Origin: Mobula hypostoma
Taxonomy: Eukaryota
Assembly: GCF_963921235.1 (NCBI RefSeq)
Contig: NC_086108.1
Location: forward strand, 81,594,001 to 81,654,000
Length of the DNA stretch: 60,000 nucleotides
Direction of reading: 5' to 3'
Of this stretch, positions 35,846-50,415 are shown piece by piece (within the stretch, counting starts at the first letter, position 1; each line of letters begins with the position of its first letter). The notes under the pieces are model-generated. The model was not told the DNA's origin. It did not search any database and saw only the letters and a program-made list of their open reading frames with translations. The position numbers were made by a program, and so were the translations under genes.

Positions 35846-36810
35846 AACATAGAACCATACAGCACAGGAACAGGTCCTTTGACCCACGATGTTATACCAA
35901 ACAAATTAAACTCATAATAAAACATTTAACCAATCCCTTCTGGCTACATGTGGCTATCCAAGAGCTCTTAAAAGTCTCTGTTGTATTTGCCTCCAGTACA
36001 ACACCGGCAACATATTCCAGCTACCTATCATCCTCTGTGTAAAAAAAATTTGCCCTGCAGAAATCCTCTTCAAACTTGCCTGCTCTCACCATAAATTCAT
36101 GTGCTTTGATAATATACATTTCAATGCTGGGAAAATGATACCAATTGTCTACTCTAAATAGGCTTCACAATTTATGTCAATGTCAATAAACCTGACTCTG
36201 ATTTTGATCTTATAAACTTCTCTCGGTTCTCCCCTCAGAATCTGTAACTGCAGAGAATAAGGCTCAAGTTTATTCAACCTCTCCCCTTTGAACGTTCCCT
36301 CTAATCCAGGCAACATCCTGGCAAACCTCTTCCATACCCACTCCAAAACCCCCACATCCCTCCTTTAAAGGGATGACCAAAACTGAATTCAGTACTCCAT
36401 GTACGGCCTAACAACGTTTTCTATAGCTTCAATACAGCTTCCTTACTCCTATACTCCATGCCTTAACCAGAGTTTTATAAAGTTGGAACATAACTTCCTG
36501 ACTCTTGAATTTGATGCCTTGACCACAAGCATGTCGTACATAATTCCACCCTATCAACCTGTGCAGCCACTTTTAAAGATCTCGCTATACATTAGTGATG
36601 TTAAGTATCTTAGAAGTCTCTATTATATTGTTCCTTTACTTTTTATTTCCCAATGGCATTACCTGTCACCGCCAAACTGAACTTCATTTCTATGCCCACT
36701 GATCTATATTTTGCTGTATCCTTCGACAATCTTCTACACTCTCCACAGCTTTAACTTCATCAAATACCAAGGGTATAATCCCATCAGGCCCACAGAGTCT
36801 TGCCTCCAGT
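35846..36810 (-). mobile_element. Old CR1 fragments
   Basis: KRFARMLPGLE motif and 3' tail at about 35846-35890. Confidence 0.7.
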
Positions 36811-37212
36811 AAAATTCTTAGTAACTACCATCATTATTTCAGGTCAAATCTATCTATGCTGGGGTATTTTTACAACAGCATAATAGCTTCTTACCAATTC
36901 TACCTTATTTTTTTTATATCCAAATTGTAAAACATGTCAGGATCTGAACTTTCTGAATTTCTCCGGCTTTGTGTGTGTTGTTCCAAATTCCAGCATCTGC
37001 AGTCTCCTGTGTCCCCATAGTTTCAAGTCAGATTAATTTGTGACTTAAAGGAGAACTTGCAAGTGATAAAATTCCATGGATCTGCTACCCTAGTTTGGAA
37101 TGGTATGTACAAATGGTATATGGTAACATATATGTACTTTAATAATAAATTTACCTTGACTTTGACCTTGAACCTTGTCCTCTTAAATGGTAGAATTTGC
37201 AGGTTTGGGAGT

Positions 37213-38246
37213 TAGAGTCATTGAATCATAGAACACTACAGCACAGAAACTGGACCTTTCATCCATCCAGCCCATGCCACCTGATCTTCTGCCTAGTTCC
37301 ATCTGTCTGCCATCAGACCGTATTCCTCCACACTCCTCCCATCCATGTACCTATCTAAACTTCTCTTAAATGTCACAACTGGACCTGCATCTACCACTTC
37401 CACTCTCACAAGTCCCTCTGGATGAAGAAGTTTCTCCTCAGATTCCCCTTAAATATTTTACTTTTCACTCTAAACCTACGATCTCTAGATCTTGTCTCTC
37501 CCAACCTGAGGGGGAGAAAGACTGCCTATATGCCTCCATAATTTAGTATAACGCCATCAGATCTTCCTTCGTTCTCCTGTGCTTCAGGGAATGAAGTCCT
37601 AAACTGCTCAACCTTTCCCTGTAATTAAGACCCTCAAGCAACCCTCTTGTAGAAGTTTTCTGCACTTTTTCAAGCTTATCGATATATTTGTTGCAGCTAA
37701 GTGACAAGCACTACACACAGTACTTCAACATCTTATAGAAATTCATCATTACCTCCCCAACTCCTGTACTTCGTGCTGTGATTTATGAAAGCCGATGTGC
37801 CAAAAGCTCCCTTTATGGCCCTGTCTACCTGTGTTGCCACCTAATGGTCAAATACCCAGAGATTCTTCTCTCCTGTTATCAATTTTTTTTGCTCATTTAA
37901 TTATTATTATAATTCTTCTCTTGTATATGCACAGTTTGTTGTCTTCTGCACTCCGGTTGAAAGTCCTAGTTGAACAGTCTTTCACTGATTCTGTTATGGT
38001 TACTATTCTATAGATATATTGAGTCTGCCCAGAAGAAAGTGAATCTCAGGGTTGTATATGGTGACATACATATGTACTTTGATTATAAAACTTACTTTGA
38101 ACTTTGCCACTTTCGTGGAATTATTGATCTGTATTCCCAGGGATCTTTCCTCTACCATACTCCTCAAAGCCCTACTATTCACTGTTTAATTCCTACTTTG
38201 GTTTGTCCTCCCAAAGTGCAATACCTCGCACTTCCTTGAATTAAAT
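37213..38246 (-). mobile_element. CR1 3' fragment interrupted by a plus-strand LINE tail (about 37880-38106)
   Basis: CR1 3' motifs; the (TTTGAAC)n-ending tail recurs at about 37110, 48960 and 58050 (-). Confidence 0.7.
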
Positions 38247-40739
38247 TACAATGCTGTCAAAAAAAAGCCTCTGCGAGCTTCTGCAATATAATTTCTCATA
38301 TTTAAATTGGAAGTGGTTCTGGGGATAGTTGACACCACCAACCATCCAAGGAATCCTGAAGCCCTGTCATTATGATCTCTAGTAAAGATATGTTGTCTAT
38401 TCTGTATTTTTCCCAAGTACATTCCCTTCCCTTTTGGCAATGCTTTCAGAAGCTAAAAAAAAATGTCAGCACTGTGTAGGAGGTTTCACAAAGATTTTTT
38501 CATCTTTTAAGCAATAGACACTGCCAAATTTCTGACTTTTTGAAACAGTTATAAACCAATGAAAATGCTGACGCATAAAAAGTCTTTGATACAATGGAGA
38601 ATAAGACACCTGAAAACGTGAGTGATTATAAACTTTAAGAAAGAAATATAAGAAGAATTCCTATTTAGAAATATGATTAACCATTCTCATTAGGTTCACT
38701 CATGATTAATGGATTTCATAGGTAGAAGGTGCTGAAAATAAGCAGCAAGTCTGTCCCGTTACGTCACTAAGTCAAGTCACATTATAGTCAAGATCCCATT
38801 GTCGAATCCAGGGAAGAGATGCTGCTCAGAAACACAAGAAATTCTGCAGATGCTTCCTGAAGACGTGTCCTGGCCCAACATGTCAACTTTTAGTCCATTA
38901 CATCGATGCTGCCTGAATTACTGAGTTCCTCCAGCAATTTTTGTGTGTTGGTCAAGAGCTGCTACTTGAAACATTCCCCTTTTTCCATTTCACTGGCCAA
39001 TAGAACCTCTGGGTAATTCTGCTAATTACTTCAATAAAATCTTCATTTTGTTTTGGGTAATCATGACACCATTTGTTTCCTGTCTACTTTCCAAAGATGT
39101 ACAGGTGGTATTAGTAAGTTGTGGAGATGCTATGTTGGCGTGGGAAGCATGCCAACACTTCTGGGCTGCCCAGTTCAATCCTCACAGATTTGATTTGACA
39201 CAAATGGCTCACTTCACTGTATGTTTTGATGTTTCAATGAACATGGTGACAAATAAAGCTAATCTTTATAACACTTATGAAGTATTTCGTTTAGCACTGG
39301 AATTGTCAAGGCATGGGAGGCTATAGACCAAGTATTAACAAATGGGATTAACGTTGATATTAAATAGCGCCTGAAGGATGTAAGGCACATTATAGCTGAC
39401 CTGTATATGTGCTAAATGAATGTACGACTATAATAATGTGCCTGGACATTTATAGTATTTTGACACACTGGGCATAGTTCCTTTTGTAACATTAGTCCTT
39501 GTAGTGAATGTAGTTGTGCCCCAAGAATGCAGAGAAAAAAAAACAGAGCTAAAATATTAAACAGAAAAGTAAGAGTTTCAGCGGGTGCAGTAGGCCTGAA
39601 TCCTTCTGCCAGTGCCATTATCTTTGCCTCTCCTGTAACCCGATACTTTACTAATTAAAGATTCTTTACATGCTATTTTGCTTTAGGTGATCCCAACCGA
39701 AGCTCACTTTATTCCCAGTTGTGTAATTATAGATAAAATAATGGAACTTTCCATCAAGAAGTAGAAGTTCAAATAGAATGCAAAAGTCTATGTTCAAAAA
39801 TTAAACTTAATTAGTATCAGTCACTTCAAGTTTACTGAGGTCTTTGTTATAATTTAGCAAATGTCCAATTAAAATACAAATCTCAGCCATATCTATATAT
39901 TGACAAAAAACAGCTTGAATGATTCATTTGATTGATCCGCATAAAAAATAAACTAACAACAATAAAATCAAAGAACCTTAAATTCAGTCATTTATCTGGA
40001 CTAAATACCAATTTGATAACTGCTGTGAGTGGAAAAATAATTTGATGTATTGATGTATTTTAAGATTACATAGTCCGACAAATTATTGGTAAGGAATGAG
40101 TAATTAAATTAAAACAAAGTGCAATCTACACTGTCAGATTTCAAGACATTAGTATAAATGTTTGCTGCCTTAGATTAATAAAAGTTTGCATGATGTATGG
40201 CGTGTATGTTGGAGATCATTTGTAGTGTACAAGACTGTTGTCAGCCTTGAACCTTCAGATACAGAAGCAGTGTAGCTAACAGAAGGAAGGAGCTAAACTA
40301 CAGAGGCTGAGGAAGTGTAGTGGGTGAGTGAGTGTGGTTTCCAGGTTATTTTTATGAACCTAAGGAGTGCAATACGGCCATAACATTCTGAGAACTGCAG
40401 GATCTGAAACCAGTCTCCAAATTGGCACTTCATTAATGTAATGAATAGTGTAGCTATTGTCAGTTGATCTGTTTGTTAATATGAACATGGGACTGCATTT
40501 CTCAAAGGCACTAGTTGAGGGGAGAGTAGTGGTGAAGCAATCAGGAAATGAGGTGGGGGGGGTGGTGGGGGTGGTGTCAGATGGATGTTTCTGTCCTTTC
40601 CAGTTCCTACCGTTGATAAGAGTACCTAAATTTCCTCTCACTTCTCATTGTGTGGGTACTACATTACCTTGTTTCCAATCCAGTCAAGCCTCCCCATAAT
40701 GCAATGATGCTCTTATGATAACTAATATGACTTCAAAAT

Positions 40740-41235
40740 AAGAATCGTTCATGAGAATAATCTCAAGAATGAAAGGGTTAACATAGAAGGAGCATTTTCT
40801 GGCTCTGGGCCTCTGTGTGCTGGAAGTTAGAAGAATGGGGGAAGGGGAAATCTCATTGAAACCCATCAGATATTGAAAGGCCTAAATAGCGCGGACGTGG
40901 AGAGGATCTTTCCCATAGTGGGGAGTCTAGGTCCGGAGGGTAGAGCTTCAGGATAGAAGAATGTCTCTCTAGAACAGAGATGAGGAGGAGTTTCTTTAGG
41001 CAAAAGGTGGCGTATCTGTGGAATGCATTACCACAGATAGCTGTGGAGGCCAAGTCATTGGATATATTTAAACTGGAGGTTGATAGATTCTTGATTAGTA
41101 AGTCTATCAAAGGTTATGGGAGAGGAGGCAGCAGAGTGTGGTTGAGAAGAATAATAAATCAGCCATAATGGAATGGCGGAGAAAACTCAATGGGCCAAAT
41201 GACCTAATTCTTCTCCTGTGTCTTATGGTCTAATG
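40740..41235 (+). mobile_element. CR1 3' end
   Basis: FFRQKVAYLWNALP; CTTATGGT tail. Confidence 0.85.
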
Positions 41236-41964
41236 GACTTTGCAAAGCTTAATTTTGGGAATGAATATCACAGAAGAGCTTTTTGTAGTTCATCATGAAC
41301 CATTTGAATATTCCCATCAATGTCAATTTGAATAAGTGTAGCTAGATTATCTTTCATATTTACTATCACCTTCTCATGAGCAATCAACAATTCTCGCCTT
41401 GCTTGCCATACCCAGATTTTCAAAACAGGCTGGACTACACTTCTGTTGAAGTAATAGTCAGGAGAAATTAGAGAAGTTAGGACAGGAATTCACATGAAAC
41501 TGGTGTTCAATAAAATGCTTAAATTCTTCCTCCCATTTATAAATCCTGCAAATCTGTAATAGAAAAGTCAAATACCCTGAGCTGACATTTACTGTGTGTG
41601 AAAAATTCCAAACGCTAGACGTAAATGGCATCAAGTAGTAAAATATTGTTTATTGATTCAACATAATTTCAGACTGAAATATCACAACTGAAAATCATTA
41701 TTAAGACATTATAGCAACCAGTCTTCATTAAATCTGTTTCAACTTGAACATTACTGCCATTCTATAATGTCAGTAACATCTCTCTAGGTTAAAAAAAGCT
41801 CACTTAGCATCAGAATTAACAATAGGACAGTGATGAAGATGGAACCTTCTTATTTAAAAATAGTTCTATAGGTAACATGGGATCGGCTTTCAACACAGAC
41901 AGAATCCAAATCAACCTCTCATTTTTGCTGAACCATTGTTGTACAGTCAATAATTCTTGGATGA

Positions 41965-42410
41965 GAACATAAGGCACAGGAGTAGGCCATTCAGCCCCTT
42001 ATGCCTATTCTGTCATTGATTAAGATCTTTTACCTTGGAACTGCTTTCCAACATAAATCCCATAATCCCATTATTCCTTGAGTATCTAAAAATCTATTAA
42101 ACCCAGATTTAAATATATGCAACAACTGAATTCCCACAGCACTCTTGGGTAGAGAATTCACTGACCGGGTGAAGAAATTTCTCTTCCTTAATGGCTGTCC
42201 TAGTTTGAGATTGTAACACTTGATTCCAACCACCCCATCCAGGGCAAATATCATCCTTACATATTCCCTGTAAAGTCCCATGAAGTATTTTGTATATTTC
42301 AATTAGACAATGTTTCTGTTTTTATGAAGTCAATAGAATCTAAACTCAGTCTGCATTTTTTTTTCCTCATATGATAACCAAGCAGTTCAGAAATCAACCT
42401 GGTAAACCTT
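41965..42410 (-). mobile_element. CR1 3' end
   Basis: RKRNFFTR..NSLP motif and tail. Confidence 0.7.
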
Positions 42411-42469
42411 TAGTGTGTTCGCTTCGTCATCTTGCCTTAATTGTAGAGTACCAGAAAATTGTAGATAAA

Positions 42470-43500
42470 CGGTGGACTCCGGTTAATTGAGCCATCAAAA
42501 AGATCAAAAACTAATTGAGAAAATGTACAAGATTCCCTTTGTTTATTTGGGACACTATACCTCTGTATTGGGACAGGAGACTGTTGTCAACAATGATCAT
42601 CTTGAATGTTACAATAACAGTGAAGATTTGGAGGATGCAATCATCGAAAGCATTGTATAAAGACAGTCCATTATCTGCACTAGGTGTCTGCACTAATTTT
42701 GTTCACTTACAGTCAATTAAAAGATCACAGCAGAGTATTGGTTATCCATCATATCTGACGATGACAGGGAAACCTCTGCAGGAGAGTTTTAAAGTGGAAA
42801 AGCTGTTGCACTGGGACAGTTCCACTCTCTCAACTTCAGAAGTCTGGGTCTAGTACTAAGAATAACCATCACAAACTGGGGTCTTCCTCGGTTGCAATGG
42901 ATGACTGTGACTACTTCTTTGCCTTATCATGCCCTTCACTCTTCACAAAGCTTTGCAGAACCACCTTCTTGACCATTAGATCTCACTGTTCATTTCACTC
43001 ACTCAGTCCGCCAGAGCTGACTTCACATGCTAGGATAGGCATGTCCCTACTTCACCTGGGTATGAGGCCCGTTGGCTATCCTCACCTGATTTAGCCCATC
43101 TGTCGAATCCTTGTACTGGGATGTGGCCACTGTCACATGTAAACAGCTACTTGGAGCCTCAGGTGAGAGCTGAGTGTCTGGGGGGTACCAAAGGAGAGTG
43201 AGCTGCTCCAGAATGGACACGACAACACTCTCCACCAGAGGTGCTATCCCTTCCTAGACATCTCACACACTGGATGAATTCCTCCGTTGATAACTATTGG
43301 GAACTAATACACAGTTTTGATAGTATTCTAATTTGTTCTGTATTTCATTTAAATACATAATTTGTTACTTGGTTAAATGGTAGTTCGTCTGATTATAACT
43401 TCTTAAGTATATCCATGAAACTTCAGCTAATTAAAGCAGCTGCTTAATTGAGCCAAAGTATAACTGTTCCTGATGTGTTCCAATTAACCAAAATCCATGG
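42470..43500. mobile_element. Tigger-like MITE with a nested RTE-like 5' fragment (about 42600-43260)
   Basis: Imperfect TIRs CGGTGGACTCCGGTTAATTG / CAATTAACCAAAATCCATGG followed by TA. Confidence 0.6.
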
Positions 43501-44019
43501 TATTACCACCAGGATTGCAGTAATTACTACTCTTGATATCAATTTATTTTGCACTGAAGGTTAACGTAACATTTCACTCCTTGATTGCTGGCCTCAACAT
43601 TTTTTTGTATGCATTCATTCCTCCTGGCCACATTTATTCCTATCCCATCTTTAGAAAGTCACCTCTCACAATTTACTTCCCTACTCCAGTCATTACAATT
43701 TGCTGTCCTCGGAGGTCACCCTAATTCTATTTGAATGCACTCCTGGAAAACATTTTATTAATGAACGTTTGTATAATGGGTGTTTTGGTGCAGTATATTC
43801 CTATGAACATAGAATGTCATGCTAATCATTCTAGTGAAAATTAGCTTCATAAATTGAGGACATGTACCCAAAGAGTCAATAGCATTAATAAGAAAACTCA
43901 TGATTTAAGTATTTAGAAATTGAGGAATCATTGTACTCTCAGTCATAAATAGCATTGTGGAAATTGGCATTGATAGTGTCATCAAGCAACGCTTAGTCAC
44001 CCAAAACCTACACACTGAT

Positions 44020-44995
44020 GCCTTGTATGGGTTTTGTTAGGATCACTGTTCCAGACTCCACCACAACTCTGATTCAGACATGAACTAAAAAGCTGAACCC
44101 AAGAGGTGAAAGGACAGTGACTGCCTTGATATCAAGTCAGCATTTGACCGAGTGTGACATCAGGAATTCTTCATAAAACAGAAATCAATGAGCATCAATT
44201 GGCATCATACCTTGCACCACAGAACGCGGTTGTGGTTATTGGAGATAATTATTGCAAATCCAAGTCATCACTGCAGGGGTTCCTCAGTGCAGTGCCATGG
44301 AGTAAACCATCTTCATTTGCTTCATCACCGACCTTCTTTTCATCATAAAAGCAGGCAGGAGTGTTCACCGGTAATTGGACAATGCTCAGAACTGCTTAAC
44401 AAATAAAACAGTCACCATCTGGAGGCAGCAAGTTCTAGATAAAATCCAAAAATCAAATGCTGAATGGCAAGTAACATTTGTACCACAGATATGGCTATCA
44501 ATGGCCACACCTAACTAATGAGAGTACAATACCTAACCTTAACATTTCATGGCATTTCCTTTGCTGTGTCTTCCAACAGTCATCACTGATCAAAATCTCA
44601 TCTGGACCAGTCACTTCAATGTGTAGCTACAAAGGGAGTTTAAAGGCTAGACGTTCTGCAGTGAGTGACTCACCTTACACCGCAACAAACTTTCCATCAG
44701 TTACAAGACTCAAATAAGGAGTGTGAATATGTAGCCTCCACTGGACTGATTGACCGGACACCACCAAAGTTCATGACAAAGTAGCTCCCTTGATTGGTAC
44801 CCCATCCAGCAACCTAAACATTCATTTCCTCCACTGTCTCTGGACAGTGTGTACCATCTACAAAGTGGAGTGCAATTGCCTCACCCAAACAACTCAAATA
44901 GTAACTTCTAATGTCGGAACCTTTAACAGCAAGATGGACAAGAGTAGGAGAGAACACCAGAGTGTGCTAATTCCCCTTCATATTCCACACCATCC
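44020..44995 (+). mobile_element. Ancient CR1/L2-group RT fragment
   Basis: Decayed (A)LDIKSAFDRV(W)HQ motif at about 44120-44165. Confidence 0.6.
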
Positions 44996-44999
44996 TCAC

Positions 45000-45810
45000 T
45001 GGGCACACTCAATAAATCGACTGAATAATAACCATAACAGAAACAAGGAAAGACTGCCCAACTAGGGTGTTCAACCAAAGTGCAGAAGACAACAAACGGC
45101 GCAAATAGAAAATAATAAATTATAATAATACATAAATAAGCAATAAATATCAAGAACATGAGATGAAGAGACTTTTGGATAAGTATATGAAGCTTAGTAA
45201 AATAAGAGGGCTATGAGTAACCCAAGGTAATTTCTAAGGTAAGGATGTGTTCGGCACAGCTTTGTGGGCCGAAGGGCCTGTATTGTGCTATAGGTTTTCT
45301 ATGTTTCTATGAGATGAAGAGTCCTTGAAAGCGAGTCCATTGGTTGTGGGAACATTTCAATAATGGGGGAAGTGAAGTTGAGTGAAGTTATCCCCTTTGG
45401 TTCAAGACCCGGATGTTTGAGGAGTTGTAACTGTTCCTGAATATGGTGGTGTGAGTCCTGAGGCTCTTATACCTTCTTGCTGATGGCAGCAACGAGAAGA
45501 TAGCATGCCCTGGGTGGTGGGAGTCCCTGATGATGGATGCTGCTTTCCTGCAACAGTGTCTCACGTACATAGATGTGCTCAGTGCTGGAGAGGGCTTTAC
45601 TCATAACGGACTGGGTTGTATCCATTACTTTTTGTGGATTTTACATTCAAGGGCATTGGTGTTTTCATACTAGGCTGTGATGCAGCCAATCAATAGACTC
45701 TCCGCCACACATGAATAAAAATTTGTCAAAGTTTTAGATGTCATGCCAAATATTCGCAAACTTCTAAGGAAGTAGAGGCACTGCCATGCTTTCTTTGTAA
45801 TGGCACTTAT
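45000..45810 (-). mobile_element. Rex1/Babar LINE 3' fragment, with a CR1 tail nested at about 45170-45310
   Basis: KAASIIRDSHHPGHAIFSLLPSARRY. Confidence 0.8.
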
Positions 45811-46021
45811 TGCCAAAGGTAGCAAGGTACAGTGAAAAGCTTGTCTTGCATACTATTCATATAGATCCAATCACTATCAGTTGATCCAATAGAAGTAAAA
45901 TAAGGTAAAATAACAATATAAGATAAAGTGTTAAAGGGGAAAAAAGGATCAGCCATGATTGAATATCAGAGCAGACTAGATGGTCCAAATGCCTAATTCT
46001 GCTCCTGTGTCTCATGGTCTT

Positions 46022-47882
46022 CTGCTACACAGCTCTCCCCCACTTGGAAGTTCAGATCACAACCTGGTTCACCTCGTGGCCTTGTGTAAGCCCAAAGCAC
46101 AGCAGCAGCTATCTACCACCAAGATAGTTAAGAAATGGTCTCCAGAGGCCATTGAGGCCTCGAAGGGTTGCTTTGAGGCTACTGACTGGAATGTGCTTTG
46201 TGAACCACTTGGGGAGGACATTAACGGACTTACTGATTACATCACTGGCTACATCAACTTCTGTGTAGACACTGTAATACCATCAACGGACTGTTCGCTG
46301 CTTCCCTAACAACAAACCATGGGACACTAGTGATCTAAAGGCTCTTCTCAACCACAACAAGAGAGCCTTTAGATCAGGAGATGGAAGAATTGAAACGTGT
46401 AGAGGGAGCTAAAGGAGAAGATCAAGGAGGCTAAAGAGGAATACAGGAGAGGGCTAGGGGACAAGCTCGGGCAGAGCAGCACACGGGAGGTGTGGGGAGG
46501 CATGACGAACATCACTGGCTTCAATCAGCCCAGCTGCAGAGCCTCAGAGTGCAGCCGTGAATGGGCTAATGAGTTAACCCAATTCCTCAATAGGTTTGAC
46601 AATTGCCCTCCTGTTCACACCCACCTCAGCACACCAGTCCAGGTGCTGAGGCACCCAATGCTCGCTCAGTACCAATGCCTCCTTTCTCCCTCCTCACCCC
46701 TTCAGTTCAACACATGGATGAACAACAACAGGCTACCACTATCTACATCCCCTCCTCGGCCTGCACCTACCATCCAAACCTCCACATACCAACTGCTGTC
46801 ATCCTGATCTTCACCTCCCCCAGCCTTCAGTACCATGCAGCCCTCATCGCTGAGAGAAAAGATCCATTCAATGCAGGCTGCCACTTCTATCGTATCCTGG
46901 ATAATGGACTACCTGACTGGCAGACCACAGTTTGTGCGGCTTCAGAGTTGTGTGTCAGACATGGCTATACGCAGCACTGGGGCCCCACAGGAGACTATAT
47001 TGGCTCCCTTCCTGTTTACCCTGTATACCTCGGACTTCAGATACAACACTGGGTCATGTCATCTGCAATAATTCTCCATTGACTCAGCAATAGTTGGGTG
47101 TATAAAGGGAGGACAGGAGGATGAATACAGGGCCCTGGTGGAGGACTTTGTCAAATGGTGCAAGCTGAATCATCTGCAGCTCAACATCAGTAAGACAAAG
47201 GACATGATGATGGACTTTAGTATGACTAAATCCCTATTACTATTAATAGTGAGAACGTGGATGTGGTGAGGGGGGAGTACCAGAGGGAGCACCTGGGTGA
47301 CAGACTCGAGTGGAGCACCAACACAGAGGCGGTGTACAAAAAGGGCCAGTGTGGCCTCTACTGCCTGAACAGACTACAGTTCTTTGGAGTATGCAGGCCT
47401 CTCCTTCATATGTTCTACCAGTCTGTTGTCTACAATCTTCTATATGGTCAACACGACTGATGCTAACAGGCTCAATAAACTAAACAGAAAGGCTGGCTCT
47501 GCTATAGGAGTCAAAATGGACACACTGGTTGGAGGCTGTGGTAGAACAAAAGACCCTCCGGAAAATCCTGGCAATTCTGGACAATGTTTCTCACCCCCTG
47601 CCTGCCACCTTGGATGAACACTTTTAGTAATAGACTAAGACAACTGCACTGCTGCAAAGTGCGATAAATGAGGTCATCCTTACCCTCAGCCTTTAGGCTC
47701 TATAATAAGTCAACCTACAGCCAGGAAAGCAATGACTCCCTCCCGTTAGACTGTTGGAGGTAACTAATTTTTTATTCTTTCTACTTCTCTTCTAGTATTT
47801 ATATCCATGCACTTTAATGCTACTGTGACACTGCGGCTTCCTTTGGGATCAATAAAGTATCTATCTATCTACATACCTATCT
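46022..47882 (+). mobile_element. Rex1/Babar LINE with internal deletion and (TATC)n tail
   Basis: PLGSSDHNLV, WIMDYLTGRPQFVRL, STGAPQET.LAPFLFTLYTSD; AATAAAG(TATC)n end. Confidence 0.88.
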
Positions 47883-48730
47883 AAAAGCTGCTGAAAAAGT
47901 GCAGTGCAGGTAAACGATAAAGTGCAAGACCATAACAATATGGACTGTGAGGTCAAGAATCTATCTTATCGTACAAGAGGACCACTCAAGAACTTGATAG
48001 CTGTGGGATAGTAGCTGTCCTTGAGCTTGAAGGTATGTGCTTTCAGACTTTTATTTCTTGTGTCCAATGAGGTAGGGGAGAAGAGAGAATGCCCAAGGTA
48101 GGTGGGATCGTTGATTAAGAGGGCTGCTTTACTGAGGCAGCAAGAACAATAGGCAGAGTCAATAGAGGGGAGACTGATTTCCATGGTGGGCAGAGGTGTG
48201 CCCACAACTTTGCAGTTTCTTGTGTCATATGCAGCACAGTTGCCATACCAAGTCACCATGCATCTGATAGGATGCATTCTCTGATGTGTTGATAACAATT
48301 GTTAAAGTTCAACAGGGACATGTCAAATGTCTTTAGTCTCTCACGGAAGTAGAGGTGTTGGTGAACTTCTTGACTGTGACATCAACATGGTTGGACCAAG
48401 ACAAGCTATATTTACACCTAGGAATTTGAAACTCTCAACTTCAACACCATTGACATAGACAGGAGCATGTGCAATGCCTCACTTCCTGAAGTCAATGACC
48501 AGCTCTTTGGTCTTGCTGACATTGAGTGGTGGAATTGTTGTCATAACACCATGTTACTAAGCTGTCTACCTCATTCCTGTACACTGGCTCATTATTGTTT
48601 AAGATGCAGCCCATCTGCAAACTTGTAGATGGAGTTAGAGCAGAAACTAGCCACACATTCATGAGTGCACGGGGAGTAGAGTAGAAGGTTGAGGGCACAA
48701 ATTTGTAGAGCCCCAGTGTTTAGAATAATC
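47883..48730 (-). mobile_element. Rex1/Babar LINE fragment; its 3' tail continues at 45815-45934
   Basis: WYGNCAA, KAALLINDPT..GHSLFS. Confidence 0.75.
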
Positions 48731-50415
48731 ATGTTTGGAGTTTTGCTTATATTTGCAATTATTTATATTTGGATTTTCACAGTTTGTTATCCATTGATCC
48801 TGTTTACAGTTACTATTCTACAGGTTTGCTAAGTAACAAATTGGAAAAGAATTGAAACAGATTGAAAAAGAATCTCAGAGTGTATATTTGAATTGAATTG
48901 AATTGACTTTATTACTTACATCCTTCAAATACATGAGGAGTAAAAATATTTACATTACATCTATGTGGTGACATGTATGTAATCTGATAATGAATTTTAC
49001 TTTGAGCTTTATTGTTGCTTATCATTACCAGTCAATATACTCCCCACTACACATCAATGGAAGTTTGTCAAAGCTGCTGATTGTTCATCATTTCTGGGTC
49101 TATTTTTGATTATCATTTCTTTTTGATTTTGGTTCCGCTTTTCTCTTTTGTTTAGTCTGGTCTGCTGTACACGTTCTGTTCCAACTGGAAACATGTAACA
49201 CAGACTAAGAAACATTATCTGATTCTAATTGCCACATTAATTGGTTTGGTCTCATGCTATCAGAGAAATTCCCTTTGTTCTAAGCACCACCCCACCTACT
49301 CTACCACCTGTGACTATGTGGGCGCTCTGATTTACTGCCACAATCCAAAGATGTATAGGTTAGGGTTAGTAAATTGTGGGCTGCCCCCAGGACATCCTGA
49401 CTGTGTTCGTCATTGATGCAAATTATGCATTTTACTTTATCTTTCAATGTTTCTCTGTACATGTGACAAATAAAGCTAATCTTTATTAAAGGAATTTAAT
49501 TTAAAAGAAACATTTTACAGTTCTTTCCTTACACTTATCCTCTTTGAAAGCCTCGCAAAAGATTTTCCATCTTTAAAATTTTCTGTAAGCATCCTGTTTG
49601 TTAAAACTATCCTTGTTCCTAGAACAAAAAGCTTGAATGGCTCCCTACAAAGGCGTTACTAAGAGCCAACCATCACTCTATGAAATGCGACAGATGAACA
49701 AGATAACAAATTAAATTTGCTAAGTAACAGTTCCAGCTTGAAGGAAAACTATTATCTTTAATTTATTACTGAAACAAAACAAACTGTAAACATTCCAATA
49801 AATGGCAACTGTGGTGAACCATCAGTAAGGTCCCCACAGATGCCAATAACTCTCTCATTAGCAATTGTTTTGTTGCAATTATTTTACAATCATTGTACCT
49901 AGTGCATTGGACCTCTTAGTATCACAAATGGCATATAGGATATTGCTGGACAAGTTTATTAATTTCCATCTGGAACCACGTTTCCATGGAAATTCAGCTG
50001 GAGCAGTTTTTATGTCCACAAGTAATTTGCTCTCAATTTTGCTTAGAAACTAGAGTATCTGAATGATTAGAAAGACCGTCACACTAAATTAGATGAGGTG
50101 CATTATTACATGATTCATTAGCATTTCTATTTGGTTCATTTTGAATTTAGCAATAATTCATGTATTTCCCAGTCTCTCCTCCTCTACTCTTAATGATGTT
50201 ATGATAGATTTTAGAACAAATTCACAGAGGAGCTCTTCACCACAACGTGACAACCAAAATGCATTGAAACCTGATTCCAAGAAATGTTGTCGCAAGTTAT
50301 GTTTTATTCTTAGGGTATAATTTTCTTTTAACACATTTGTGTTATAGTGCTATTACACAGCCTTTGTAGTTCCCATAAGTGCTTTATTTAATTCCATATT
50401 CAAAGGTACAGCGAA